Positions 51,201-64,000 of a DNA stretch of 64,000 bases are shown one piece after another (the stretch's first letter is position 1; every line of letters starts with the position of its first letter). The stretch covers positions 47,616,001 to 47,680,000 of the forward strand of contig OZ241827.1 in NCBI GenBank assembly GCA_965202585.1, written 5' to 3'. Origin of the DNA: Thalia democratica. Taxonomy: Eukaryota. Below the pieces are notes generated by a model. The model made no database searches, was not told where the DNA came from, and saw only the letters and a program-made list of their open reading frames with translations. The translations under genes and the position numbers were made by a program.

Positions 51201-54104
51201 ACAGCTACCCTTATTTTAGAGTAGAAAACTAAACTTTAATTTGAGTTAGCTTTAAAACTTTGTTTTACATTATACAAAAATATACTCTTTTATTAAATTC
51301 ATGTTTCTTAAAAAAAAAACAAGTTATTTTTGTATCTAAATAGTTCAATGTTATTAACTCGTTAATATAAATTTAATTTTAACTAGCCTTATTTTGCTTT
51401 TGAATTATAATTAAACAGTCATAACTTTATTATGTCTATTTGAGACTAATTTAACATAACAATGGTTAATAAGGTTTGTTATGAACTTATTTTGATTAAA
51501 TACTAATGTTAATAATGTTTATAAAAATTGAATTACAGTATATGTCTATCAAAACATAATAAATAAACCACAAATAACTTATTAATGCAAAATAAGTTAA
51601 ACTATAGAACTATATTGAAAGATTACTAGCATTTGCTTTAATGTTTTAAACTTATTTTCAAAAGTAACAGTTAGGTTTTATTATACAACTTTATAAAAAA
51701 AATTATAAGTATAACAGTTTTCAACGGAAAAATGTCAAAAACTTTCAGCACGTTTTGCCAGTAAACCGAAACAATTGATGAAATTAAAGTTAATTTGTAT
51801 ATAAAGATTCATTAAACTTCAAAAGCTTGAAATATGTTCAAAAACAAAACTTAAACATAGGTCGGATTCTTAATATAATCTGTTATCCCTTAAAAAAGTA
51901 TCTACTATTTTCACTAAAACTAAATAAAACAACTACATACTAATTTAAACTCGTTTAAGAATATATAACTGGTTAATAGTATTAGTTTTGAATATGTAAC
52001 TTGATTTTAGTCTTCTCACTTTGTTAGATACTCTAAGTTGAATACTACGTTATAACTAAACTTATATTTGTACTCTTCAAACTAAAAAAATTCCAAACTT
52101 TCAATGCAGCACTGTACGTGATATTCGCAAGTGGGATTGTCTTTCTGGTACTTTCACTACTTGGAACGTGTGGAGCAACAATGAAAAGCAAAGTTTTAAT
52201 TTTTCTCGTTAGTTTGTTCGAAATAATCATAAAACAAGCCTTCAGTTAAATATAGAGTTAACCTTTTGTATAAAAATAAAAAAAAGAGAATAGTTGTTGA
52301 AGCTTTAAATTATGATCAATATAGACTTTAATAAGAAAATTTTCATAAAAATACAAGCGTTAAACTTTAGAACTATGAAAAATTTCAACCTTAATAGTAT
52401 AGAGCAATTGATTATACAGTTATTAAATAATGCATAATTTTTATTTTATTTATTTCAACAGTCACTTTCAACATTAGTTATAGTGTGTGTTGGAGAAATC
52501 ATTGCTGTCGTATATTTCGCTAGCTACAGAGAAGATGTAAGTTTTTGGTTTTAGTATTAATGATTGCTTAGTTATAAAAAAACTAGAATAGTGCATTAAA
52601 TTTAGTAATTGCTTAATTTGACTAATAAGTTTCTATTTGCAAGTTTTTGATACATTTCCAAAAATTAAAGATTTATATTTTAGTTGTAAAAGTAATAAAA
52701 AAACTTTATCGATAAGCATATAAAATATTATGAGTAAAAAATATGGCAAAATTAAAATCAGATAACAATGAAACTTGAAGCTTGGACTACCGAAATGTTT
52801 AAAATACCTCAACAGGATAAAAAGATTGTTGATCGTATACAAGCTAATGTATGTTTTCTTTATTACTGCAGTAACTACTGACAAACTATATAAGAAATCA
52901 TGAATACTATATTATTTAAACTTAAAATAGTTAAATATATTGTGTATTGAACGACAAATAAAAGCGCACAAAATGTTTGGTCCTAAGACCTAGTGCACGA
53001 AAAAACCTTTCGGTTATCGAGTCGCACACCACTTGGATACCTTTTAATGTCTTGTCCAGGACGAAAAAACTAAGTATGTTTTCATACAAAACTTTATATG
53101 ACAAATATAAACTAACATAATGTAAAAACACTTTTACTTTTTTATATTCATTTTTTTCTAAGTATATTTGTAAACTTATAATCAGAATTAATTTACCCGT
53201 TGTTTTTAATTTTTATAGTATAACTTTATACCACTTAAATATTTTTCTTTAAACAAATAAGTCAATTTAGTATGATTATCGAAAAAATTGTTATTTAAAG
53301 TCTTAAAACTATGCAACTTGTCTAATAAAAAGTTAGTTTTATCTAGGATACTAATGCCTAAAAATTTTTAAATTATCTTGTTTTAAGAATTTTTTTAAAA
53401 TTAAATTTTAATATATTATTTTTATTAAGTAACTTACTTTGTAAATAAAATTAATTTAAACAAACCAAGAAACTAGCTAAAAGTTTTTAAAGATGAAATG
53501 TTGCGGGTTCAATTCGCCCCGTGACTACCCGGATGCGCCACCTAGCAGCTGTTTGACCGGAAAAGTGTTTGCCACAGGCGTGCTAACAAGACAAGAGTAC
53601 TACCAGCAGGTAAGTGGACTAATTTCAAAGTGTTTTTAAAGTAAAACAAAGTGTTTTTCTAGGGATGCAGTAGTGTACTGGAATCCTTTGGTAACTGGAT
53701 AATTTATTCCTGGCCAGTTTGGTTAACGACCATTTTTATATTTCTGGTCCAAGTAATCACTGCTGTTTGCGACGTTTTTTACTTGTTGCAGTTAGGTTTG
53801 TTCGTAAAAAAGATTTTTTCTATAACAAAATCTAAACTTTTTTTATGGACGTAAAACCTTTTTTGTGTATTTTAAGTTATATTCAAAGTTATAAGATGAT
53901 ACATTCGTGTTTAATAAAAAGATACATATTAGAAAAAAAAAGGTTTTGAAAAAATTTCAAAATATTTGTCTACATTTATAATAGTTTTAAACAGTTTAAA
54001 AATTTTCAACAGTTGACAGAATAGACTATGATGATAAGTTCGATGAAGAAATTTCTGAGCTAATCGAGTTTGATATTAGTATTTTTCTTAAAACACATTG
54101 CTAA
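48222..54104 (+). CDS. Tetraspanin (4 TM, EC2 with CCG/PSSC/GC); either ends near 54104 or continues in frame into the multi-PDZ exons
   Basis: Exons 48222-48226 (ATG AG|gtaagt), 48809-48881, 50000-50096, 52110-52207, 52462-52536, 52762-52848, 53493-53609, 53663-53795 and 54013-54078/54104, all phase-consistent. TM1 TIIVVLSILLWFIGCAIMSFSGWLL; TM2 LYVIFASGIVFLVLSLLGTCGA; TM3 LVIVCVGEIIAVVYF; EC2 DRIQANMKCCG..DY..PSSC..GC; TM4 WLTTIFIFLVQVITAVCDVFYLL. Confidence 0.88.
50747..51210. mobile_element. Mutator-type MITE (464 bp) in a tetraspanin intron; same family as 15344-15932
   Basis: Ends gggaacgggtcaa/ttgacagctaccc; 9-bp flanks ttatttttg and ttattttag match at 8/9. Confidence 0.85.
52940..53070 (+). 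repeat. ~125-bp dispersed repeat, copy 4
   Basis: tattgaacgacaaa...tggtcctaagacctagtgcacgaaaaaacctttcggttatcgagtcgcacaccac...gtccaggac. Confidence 0.85.
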
Positions 54105-54341
54105 ATTAATGTCAACATTTTGGGTTTTTAATGATTTTGTATTTCTTATCATTTTTATATTTTACTTTGAAGTTAAAAAATGCAAATTAAAAACTTACCA
54201 ACAACATAATCACATCTTACCTTAAAGTAAATTATTTTTGTGATCTAAAGCTAGTTAAAAACAGATTTTTATGAATTATACTCTTACGAAACCTTTTGTA
54301 ATTTTAATTAAATAGATAAAAAAGGTTTAGATTAATTAAAG

Positions 54342-57300
54342 GTGTAACGATAAAAGCTGAGCCAAAAAGTATTTACAAATTAAACTTTTCCAGCAAAGAT
54401 ATTGATCTAAAAGGAATGGAAAATCTCTGTCAAGGTATGTATATAGCAGTTTTGTAACAAAAAAGAGAGATCTAATGAAAATAATTATATCTATTTTTTA
54501 TCAGAACTTTTAAAACCTCGCGTTTACGAGTTAAAAAGACGCAACGAAGAAATACCGTTCGGCTTTGAGTTTGAATACAGAAGCTCCAACTTCTATGTGA
54601 GCACAGTGTCTGCGAATAGCATTGCAAACATGGCTGGATTCACCGTTGGTTCGAAGATAGTCGAAGTAAATGGAACTTTGGCTCCGTCTACTGGACTACA
54701 GGTTAGACGTCATTTACAACCCTTTTTAAGTGTAATAAAAAAAACTAGATTACATAATTTTGCTTAAAAAATAGTTTGCTTATACGATTTCCTTGCAAAT
54801 TTAGATGAGTAATACCTCTAAAATTTGCAGTAAAATTGTGCAAAAATTACAGGAGCTGACAGATATCATTAACAGTTGCGATTCAGAATTGAGAGTTCTT
54901 CTTATCGACAAAGCGACACTTGATTCCTATGACTATCATGACGTAACTATTAACTTACACAACGTAGAAGGAATCACTACGAATTTACCAGCTGTAAATA
55001 GGTACTTAAAGTTACCCTTAATTTTTCCTTCAATAAATACTTAAACAAAATGTTTTTATACCACCATAGTCTTGTTAATAAAACCTTTAGCCAATTTTTC
55101 ATTTTGTGAAGTTCATATTGCTTTTTAAGATGTTGCCCCTTACACTTTTTATAAGAGTTTGTACTTACGGAATTTTAAATTTTACAATTATTTTATCGTG
55201 TAGTCATTAAGTGTACTGCAATAAAGAATAGAACTTTATGCTATTCAATATGTATACAAAAAAAAAAACAACTACGAAAATTAGACCTCGTTTGTGTGTT
55301 ATTGACAAATCATCTACTTCCGGTTTCGGTTTCAATTTGCTTTATCTAGAAGACCGAAAAGGTGAGTTCGTGGAAGAAATTTTTCACGGAGGGCCTGCGT
55401 TTCAAGCAGGTATGACGTACAGTAAAAAGTTGTATTTTGTAAAACACAGTTAAATAAACTATATTGGTTTTTGTAGGGTTAAAAGTAGGAGATCGAATAG
55501 TGGAAGTCAACGGTGTCAATATAGAATGTAAAAAGTCCAGACAGGTCGTAGACATGATTCAAAAAAGCGGCCAAATAGTTTGCTTGCTTGTCGTTGACCC
55601 AAAAACTGATGCCTTTTACAGGTATTTAAAAATACTGACAAAACGTTTTTTTAAACTACAACTTTATTTAAAATTGAGCTAACTTGACTGATTAGTATAA
55701 ACAAGTAAACTATAAGTAAGCTTTACTAAGTGAAAAAACATTTAAAGTGTATTTAATTAAACTTAAAAAATCTCGTAGGCTACGTAGCTCTTACAAAAGC
55801 TATAAAAATTACATTTTTAATTATAAACACTTAAGCAATTATTATATCTAAAATACTTAATAAACATTTAAAATTAGATAATGTAAAATTTACATTCAAT
55901 AAATTTTAAAGAACATTTTTTCAAAGTTTTTTGTCTAGTTTATTTAATTTTCTACATAAGCTTAATTAATTCAAGAACACTTGTTTTCTTAAGACTTAAC
56001 TTGTCCTTTTTATGTAAAACATTAAACTTATATTTAAAAAAATGTTATTTTTTAGAATATGTTGTAAGAATTGCTTTTAAAAATATTTTTTTTTTATTCT
56101 GAATTATGATTTTTTTGTTCAGAAAGAATTGTTTTATTACTATTAATTCTAAAAAACATACAACAACTTTTGATGATGTACCTTAAAATACGAATAATTT
56201 TTTTGTTGACTTTAAAGGTAAAACTTTAATTTGTATGCTTTGTTATATTTAAAAGTTAGTTGCTTTATGTAGAAAGAAAGCAGTCACGGTCTCTTCATCA
56301 TTGGCAAGTGATTTTTACGCACCAGCTAGCAACTCTCAAAACAGTGATTTAATATCATTAGGTAATTTCTTTTTTATACATATAAAACGTAACTTGTTTT
56401 AGTAAACTAATTTGAACTTGTATTTTTCATAAAGTGATGCAACTGTTTAAATCTTGCCTTTAAACTTTTTGTAAAAATTTTATTTTAAAGTTATCTTAGA
56501 TAAAATCTACTATAAACTAACATTAAAACAGCTGGAAGGAAAACACGAAAAAAGTCAGTCAAACCCCGATACTGTCAACTTGTCAAACGAGCTAAAGAGG
56601 AGTTTGGACTTTATGTCGTAATCGACAACCAAAGAATCGGTCAAGTAAATAATATTTATACTATATATGAATTTTATATGTTATAGTAGATTTTTTTATA
56701 AAATTTCATATTAAATTATACTGTTTTTTTTTGTTAAAAGTAGTATACAGCTGGAACTTAATCTATTTATAAAAGTCACAAATAACTATTGTGTTTCACT
56801 AAACATAGTTTTTCCTACATATAAAATAATAAACTTTTTAAAACCTAATATCTGAAATATTAATAAAAACTTGTGCAAATAATGCTAAGAGGCGACGTTA
56901 ATTACTTTAAGTTTATTAAAGAGTTTTTCTAAGATATTAATTTTACTAAAAGTCTCAAAAGAAACTTATAAAACTTCTACTTTCATATATTTCAGGTGAT
57001 CAGGTGGATAGACAGCGGAGGGGCGGCGGACAGGGCCGGGTTAAGGATCGGTGACCGGATAGTCGAGGTGAACGGTTTAAACGTGGAGTATGAGAACCAC
57101 CAGAACCTGATCAGCGTGATAGGAATGTGCAAGAACACCGCCCACTTCATTGTGGTTGACGAAGACTACGACCGTGCTTACACAAGGTTTTATATTATTA
57201 TATTCTGTATTATTTTATTTACAAATATTCCAGCGAACTTGCTTCGCTAGGAACTTTATTTTCAAACATTTATCTTGAAACTTGGAATATTTATTATATT

Positions 57301-60300
57301 ATTTTATTCTTTAGTTTATAAAAAGTAATTTGAATAATAAATGCCTAAGTTAAATTGAAAAAACACTGTTTTTAAAGAAACAAGCCGCGGTTGTGTCGAC
57401 TTTTTAAAGAAGATGAGATGTTCGGCTTTTGTATTGACTATATTCCGTCCAACCATGGACACTACATAATACAAGTTGACAGCTCAGGGCCAGCGCATAG
57501 AGCTGGCTTGCAGGTGAATTTTGAATGAACTTACGATCTAACTTAAACCTGTTGTATTTTGGAGAGTGTATTTTTTTTTGAAACTTTACAATACATTTTA
57601 AGCAATTTTTGAAATGTTTTTGATTTAATCTAATTTAGCTCCAGGTTTATGTAAGGTTTAAAGTACTTTTTTACAGATTGGTGATAGGATTATACAAATA
57701 AACGGGCTGACAGTTGAAGACAAAAACAAGCATCAAATACTTGAAGTACTGCGAAAGTGCGATAATGAAGTCATAATACTCGTAATTGATAGAAAATCTA
57801 GCAAGCACTACAAGCGCATCAACCAATTTAAAAGCGAGGTATAACTATTTAGCTTCATTTTTTGTTTAAAAAAATGAGTTTAAGTATATTTTTATTTTGA
57901 AATAAGCTGATATTTAAAGATTTTCATTCTATAAAATTCAGTAATATAAAAACAAGTTCCTGAAAAAAGCCAACAAGCTATAACACAGGATTGAAAGAAG
58001 TAGCGCTAGTTTTTAGTTTTATATTACTATTTAAATAATTCTAAAAAGGGAACAATCGTTGACTTGGACAATATATCGATTCCTGAGCAACCAATGCTTC
58101 TGCCAAACGACGTTTACGACAACTATTCAGGACTAATGTCGCTTAAGAGCGGAGCTCCCAATATTTCCATGCATGACTCAATCTCTATGACATACGATTC
58201 AAGAACTACCGGAAGCATGAGTTTACTAGGAGGTTTTTATTAATCTTGTGTATACTTAAAATCAGGGAAATTGTTAAAATCTAACACTAAAATGTTTTTT
58301 AACAACCCAAATTAAATCCTTTAAGCATGTAGTAGAGTAAAAAGAGTTCAAATCGCATAAATTTTTGTATTTGAAAGGTGCCTTACATCAGGAGGACGCA
58401 CGTGAAGCCATGCGTGTGTGCTTGCTGAGAAAATCTTCAAATGAAGAGCACGGATTCTTCCTGGCTGTGGATCGTGACAGGAACGGCCAGATCGTTCAGA
58501 AGTAAGTTCTTGGTTGATGCGATTTGACATGAAATATCATAACGAATTATTTTTCTTATTACTGATTTTTTTTGTAAAAGTTAGAAGAACAGAAAAAACT
58601 TTAAGCTAAAAAAAGTGTTGTTGTATACTTATATTTCAATTTGATAAAATAAACATCTGTCCATTAATGTTTACCGAAGAGTATCTTTAAGTTTAATTCT
58701 TAGATTAGATAGTTTTAACAAAATGTTAGAGTTTCTTTTTTGTAATTTTCAGGGTAATTCCAGGAAGTGCAGCTGACAGATGCGGTCTTATGGATGGCGA
58801 CAGAGTTGTTTGCATAAATGAGCACAAAATAGACAAACTTTCGCATGACCAGGTTATCATTTTTTATCTATGTATTTTAGTATTTAAAAAAAGTTTATTT
58901 GCAAACTAAGTTTCGCTCAAACAGCTCGTCAGTGCTTAAAATAAACTAAACTTCATATAATAATTCTTAATCTTAGCTAGATATTTTTAAGTTCATGTTA
59001 TTTTTTTTATTAAGCGTAAATTAAGTATAATAATTTGTTAAGAAATTTTTTTAATGAACTAACACTACGCACAGTGTAACAAAACTTCTTTTTTTTTGCA
59101 TTTAAAGGTAGTGCAGATGATAAACGAGGGAGGAGACGCGATCGCGTTCACGGTGATCGACGAACGAAACGACCAACTACTACATGGACGAAATGACGAC
59201 AAAACGCACAACGCGTACCTTTACAAGCTGCAACGAAACTTGCAACCGCTGGAGGGCGTGACGCAGCAGGGATTCGGTTTTTACTTGTGGTACGACGATG
59301 ACGGGCATTACGTGCAGGAAGTGACGAGCGGTAGTCCGGCAGACTCAGTAGGTAAACTGTTTTAATTGATAAATAAATTCAAAAAAGTGAAAACTGCGTT
59401 TTAGTCGTTTGTTGTTATTCTAAAAACTAAAGTTACTAAAACGTCAATTGCAAGGCTTGCGGAAGGTTTAGTAACTTTATTTTCTATTTTCTAAAGCTTT
59501 TTATATTTTATAAAATAACAAATTCTAGTACTTTTCAGTTTTTTATACATTAACTTTTGATTGTTAATATTTTTATACAGTTCTGTATAATTACTTTCAA
59601 ATAATTTTATTTAAGGAATGAGAATAGGCGACAGATTGATTGAAGTTAATTCTATCAACATTGAAAATCACACGAACGAAAATATTTTTCACCGGATAAA
59701 AACGTCCAGTTCCAAGCACCTTCACATGCTTGTCGTTGATCACAAGACTTTTTTGCATTGCAAGCGCCATCAGGTGGATATTAAATCTCTACCGGTTATT
59801 TGCAAATCGGACCAAGGAAGACCTCAAGAAGTTGCAGAAAGTTTAGTTGCTGAAAGTCAAAAAGGTCAAACTTTTGTTGTTTGTGTTATGTTTGTTATTA
59901 ACAATTCTTTGATACATATTGTCAATCAAGACTAGTTTAAAAATTAGTTTCAAAAACAAAATTAATTATCTCTTCTAAAACCGTTAATTTTTATATATTC
60001 GTTACTGAGCTTTATTTAACTTTTGTCGTACTTACTTATTTTTTTTAGAAGCGTCAAAAGTAGAATATTCGGAGCACGAAGTGACGCTTTTTAACGAAAA
60101 GCGCAAAAAGTGGAAAAACTTTGGACTCAACCTGGCATACTCTAATTCGTTCATGCAAACATCTTCCAAATCTCACGTAGTTCACTGGGTGGCACAAGGG
60201 AGTCCAGCTGATGAAGTTGGTATGAGAGATGGTGACCAAATTTTGCAGGTTTTATAGTTATTTTAAAAGTTTCAATTTGATTTTTTTTAAAACTTTTATC

Positions 60301-63300
60301 TAGTTTTTATACAGTACAATATAATCATTATTATGCAGTGTTTAAACTTTGTTTTTATCAACTAACAACATCTTAAAAAAGTAAAATGTATTGCCAAGCG
60401 TATAAGAAATTTAAAATGTCATGTAATACTAACAAACGGTTTTCCATAGAAATATTAAATTATTTTATGAAATTATTTACTTCTTGTTCACAAATGCTTT
60501 TGAAAAGTATTGATACATTACATTTAAAAGGTAAATGGCAAAAACGTAGAAGATATAGACCATGACGAAGTTATGGTTTTGATTAATGAAAGCGATGAAA
60601 TACTATCACTAAGAATAAAGTTTTCAAAAGGTTTTTATTTGTATACTTTGCAAAATTTTACTTTTTTTATAAAAGTTTACTTTAATAGTTATAAATAGAT
60701 AAAATATTTTTGTTAGAAAAACAAGAGACTCGAAAGATTGTAATAACAAAAACTTCAAGCAACGCTGAAGGCGTAACTAGCAACTCGAGCTTCGGTTTTA
60801 GTTTATGGTTCAACAAGGAAGGTCATTTTGTTGATGACGTAACAATTGGTGGTCAAGCAGATAATAATGGACTCAAACCTCATGATATGTTAATAAAAGT
60901 AAGTTTAAGTTTTTAGATAAATGATAATAAACCATTGCAATGAAGAAACATACTTTAAAAGTTATCACAAAAATTTACTAAGCAAATATTTTACTTATTA
61001 ACGCTAAAGTTAAAGAGTAATATTTAGAGTCTGGGAAGTGAGTATAAATGAATAAGAATATACTAAATAATAAGAACAATGATTTCCAAACAAATCAAAA
61101 CTTTTATAAGCTAAGTTTTGTTCATTAATGTTCTAATAGTTTTTCATTAACCTGGATTTTTAAAACACCACTAAAAAACTGATTGGCTACAGTAGTTATG
61201 TTTTCAAAAAAACATTTGCTTGGTAAGGCCTTAAACAAACTTAAATAGCGTAACACAAATTAGGTTTGAAAATATAGTAATATTCTTTTTTTTTCAATCA
61301 TGCTATCCAGGTTTAGTTCCACTAACTTTTAAATTCTTTAAAAATTCAAATGTAACACATTTTGTTTCTGTTTTATTTAGAGTAGTATACTTAAATTTAA
61401 ATTGTAAACAATTAAATTGACTTTTAAAATTTAATAACTAAACTCCCAGGTAAATGAACATGATGTGGCTAACAAGACTCATGAACAAGTAGTGAGATTA
61501 GTTAAATCTTCTGGTGACACTATTACGTTAGAAGTAACAACATCACTTAAATCGTACCATCAAGCTGCAAGAAGTGAAGAAGTTATATTGAAGGTATAAA
61601 AACATTTAAGAGATATAGTAAAGTAAAAGCACTAATTAAGTAAGTTAATGAATATGGTAATTCGAAATACTCTCTTTTTTCAAATACGATTACCGAAAGT
61701 AAACTTTATTATTGCTTTTTAAATAGATAAATCGAAAGCGAGGTAGTTTTGGATTTGGACTTAACAGAGATGATAGAAGCTTTTATGTTGAAGCAATTTC
61801 GCCCAATAGTGCTTCTGAAGAAAGTGGATTAAGAGTTGGAGACCGAATATTGCTAATTGATGATGTCGATATTTCTAGTTGGTTTTTTTAACTACAATAC
61901 GTAAAATTATTTAAAAAAAGATGGTTGAATATTTGTTATTAACAAAATTAACAAAAAATGTTTTTTTCTACATACTTTTCTGTTTAAAGTATTAATGTTC
62001 ACAGTTTGTATTTAACTTAAACGCACATTAAACTTTTAGTTTGCCAAATATCGTCATCGTTTATTTTTCGTTTACCAAAAATATTCAAGAAATCTTTAAA
62101 ACTAAAATTATTTTATGTAATTTGTTTTAGAAGTAAAGATACCTAAATATCATCAATTTAATTTAAAATAAAACTTTTAAACAAAAGTTTAAAGTATAAA
62201 CTTACTTATATGCAACTTTTTTTCAGATTTTAATCAATCGGATGTAGTAAATATGGTAAAGTCTTCAAATTCAATAAAGCTATTGGTTTTGACGACTAAA
62301 AAGCGAGAAGAACTGTTCAAAAATTCAGCAAGATCTTCAAACAGAATCGACCGCGTTGAAGTTAAGTAAGTATTGTTTATTCATTATAAAATATTTTTTG
62401 AGAGTAACAAAACAAGAGTTTTTTAAAAACTGAAGCTACAAAGTATTTTATTCGAAGAAAAAGATCGATTTTAGATGTTTTGAAGGTTGTTCATAACATT
62501 ATTGCAATCACTTAAAAAACATAGAAATAAAATTTCAAATTGTTAATGTAAACAGCTTAACTTTATTAAACTTGTTCTTCAATTTTTCAATCAAGCTTAA
62601 TATATAAATCAACTTTGCTCTAATATAGTTTAAACACAGTTAAAACAGTTTGTTGATTGTATTTGTAATTATAGTATTTATAAAAACTTAAGCTTTAAAA
62701 AAACCTAAAATACTTTAGAATTTTATATTTTTTAAATGACCTAATAATTAATTATTTAAATTTTTAGTATAATTTGTTTTTGTTTAAACTCGTGCTTTTT
62801 TATTTAAAAAACTCGTTTAGTTTTCTTAATAGTTTAAATTTAACATGGATAAAAATATAATTAAGTAGTTAACTTTAAAATTTGATTACTGTTAAATAAA
62901 AATTTTCTTGTGTTTTTAAAAGTATATTTTAAAGTATAGTCATGCCTAATAAAAAAAAAGGGAGGACTCTTCTATTCTAAGAAAATTGTTGGATGACGAA
63001 GATATAGGAATAGAAGTTGTAAAAAGACGACAATCATCAACAGTTAAAGATGAGCACAAAAACGCTAAACAAGTTAAACATAAAGAAGAAATAAAACCTT
63101 CGTTAGTTTTTTTTTTCAATTTTTGTAGTTGAGATTTCATAATTTTAAATGATTTCTTTTATTTAATAGATAAATAATATAAGCTTAGTTTGTTTCAAAT
63201 CAATTCCGAAGTTATTTAGTGATCTGCTATAACATATTAACTTTTTTTATATAAACTTTTAAAAAATAATTACTATGTTGACAATGTTTTCAGATAGTGT

Positions 63301-63897
63301 TAAGTGCATAAAACTATTGTTAGTAATTAATATTTTTTAATATATTTCATATTTCCTTTGTTTATCAGAACATCTTATTTAAAGTGCGAGCAAATGTATG
63401 CTTGAATGATATAATAGCTAAATGAACATTAACAAGTTTATCTTTTGGTAAAAATGATTTCAAATACTTTTATCATTCAATCAACAAGAAATAAGTATAT
63501 AGATTTACAATAAACTGCTTAAACATTTTACTATAGTATAGCTAAACTAAATTTTTGACAGGTATACACTTAGATCAAAGCAACAAGAATCAGATGGAAA
63601 TAAGAAAAGGTTAATTTTCTCCATGCTTACTTATATATTTCAAAAGCATCTTTTAAGACATTTAAACTAAAAAACTTAGACTTTAGAAACTGATTCTTTT
63701 AAATTGTTGTACTTTAGTTTTTTGATTTAACAAAGTAATTTAAAACTCTATTACAAATGATTAGAAAGTCATCTCTGTCAAAAAGATTAAGTCTAAGGAA
63801 AAATTCTAGCCGTAGTTTAGGTGAAGACAATGTAGCTTTTATGACGTCACAGTTTGACAACAATGAAGATGACGAGGATGAAGTTTTCAACAAGCAG
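54342..63897 (+). CDS. NHERF/PDZK1-type multi-PDZ scaffold with nine PDZ domains and a basic/Ser-rich tail; continues past the window end
   Basis: Phase-consistent exons: 54342-54434, 54505-54701, 54853-55001, 55285-55409, 55477-55621, 56273-56361, 56532-56644, 56996-57186, 57378-57513, 57677-57838, 58049-58232, 58378-58501, 58753-58852, 59108-59351, 59616-59864, 60049-60248, 60531-60630, 60717-60898, 61450-61593, 61727-61877, 62227-62365, 62961-63101, 63369-63395, 63562-63609, 63765-63897. Repeated PRLC...FGF.L...A..AGL..GDRI.EVNG motifs are typical of NHERF-family PDZ domains. Confidence 0.9.
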
Positions 63898-64000
63898 GTT
63901 ATTTTGTATATGTTTTCTTAAAATTAAAAACAATTTTATACGAGAATCACAAACTTAGACATCATCACCAATCATTTGTGTGCAAGTGTTGAATGTTATG

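Noticed and set aside
52038-52109. Longer 5' extension of the tetraspanin TM2 exon
   Set aside because: In frame, but AT-rich and intron-like; the aatgcag acceptor at 52109 fits the family better.
53495-53610. GC-rich segment with gggttcaattc resembling a tRNA or ncRNA
   Set aside because: It is the tetraspanin EC2 exon (MKCCGFNSPRDY) with proper splice sites.

Overview
Very AT-rich, intron-containing eukaryotic (metazoan, invertebrate-like; a tunicate is only a guess) genomic window. Hand-spliced GT-AG gene models, left to right: (1) 3' end of a Gln/Pro/His-rich low-complexity protein (+, ~136-3971, possibly ataxin-2-like); (2) an intronless, GC-rich, cysteine-poor trypsin-fold serine protease (+, 13727/13766-14788); (3) ERK1/2 MAP kinase (-, 34496 to 23452, with a probable extra terminal exon at 22163-22080); (4) a two-exon uronyl 2-O-sulfotransferase (+, 43338-45810); (5) a complete tetraspanin (+, 48222-~54100) whose exons can be spliced in frame directly into (6) a NHERF/PDZK1-type scaffold with nine PDZ domains that runs off the window end. 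The possible tetraspanin-9xPDZ fusion is the most striking observation. Intergenic and intronic DNA holds many non-autonomous transposons: a 4.4-kb foldback/Mutator-like element with a 9-10 bp target duplication, Mutator-type and hAT-type MITEs, a 6-bp-TSD element, and perfect long hairpins. Exons within single genes differ strongly in third-position GC. No rRNA, tRNA or CRISPR array was found. All coordinates and counts were done by hand, without database searches.
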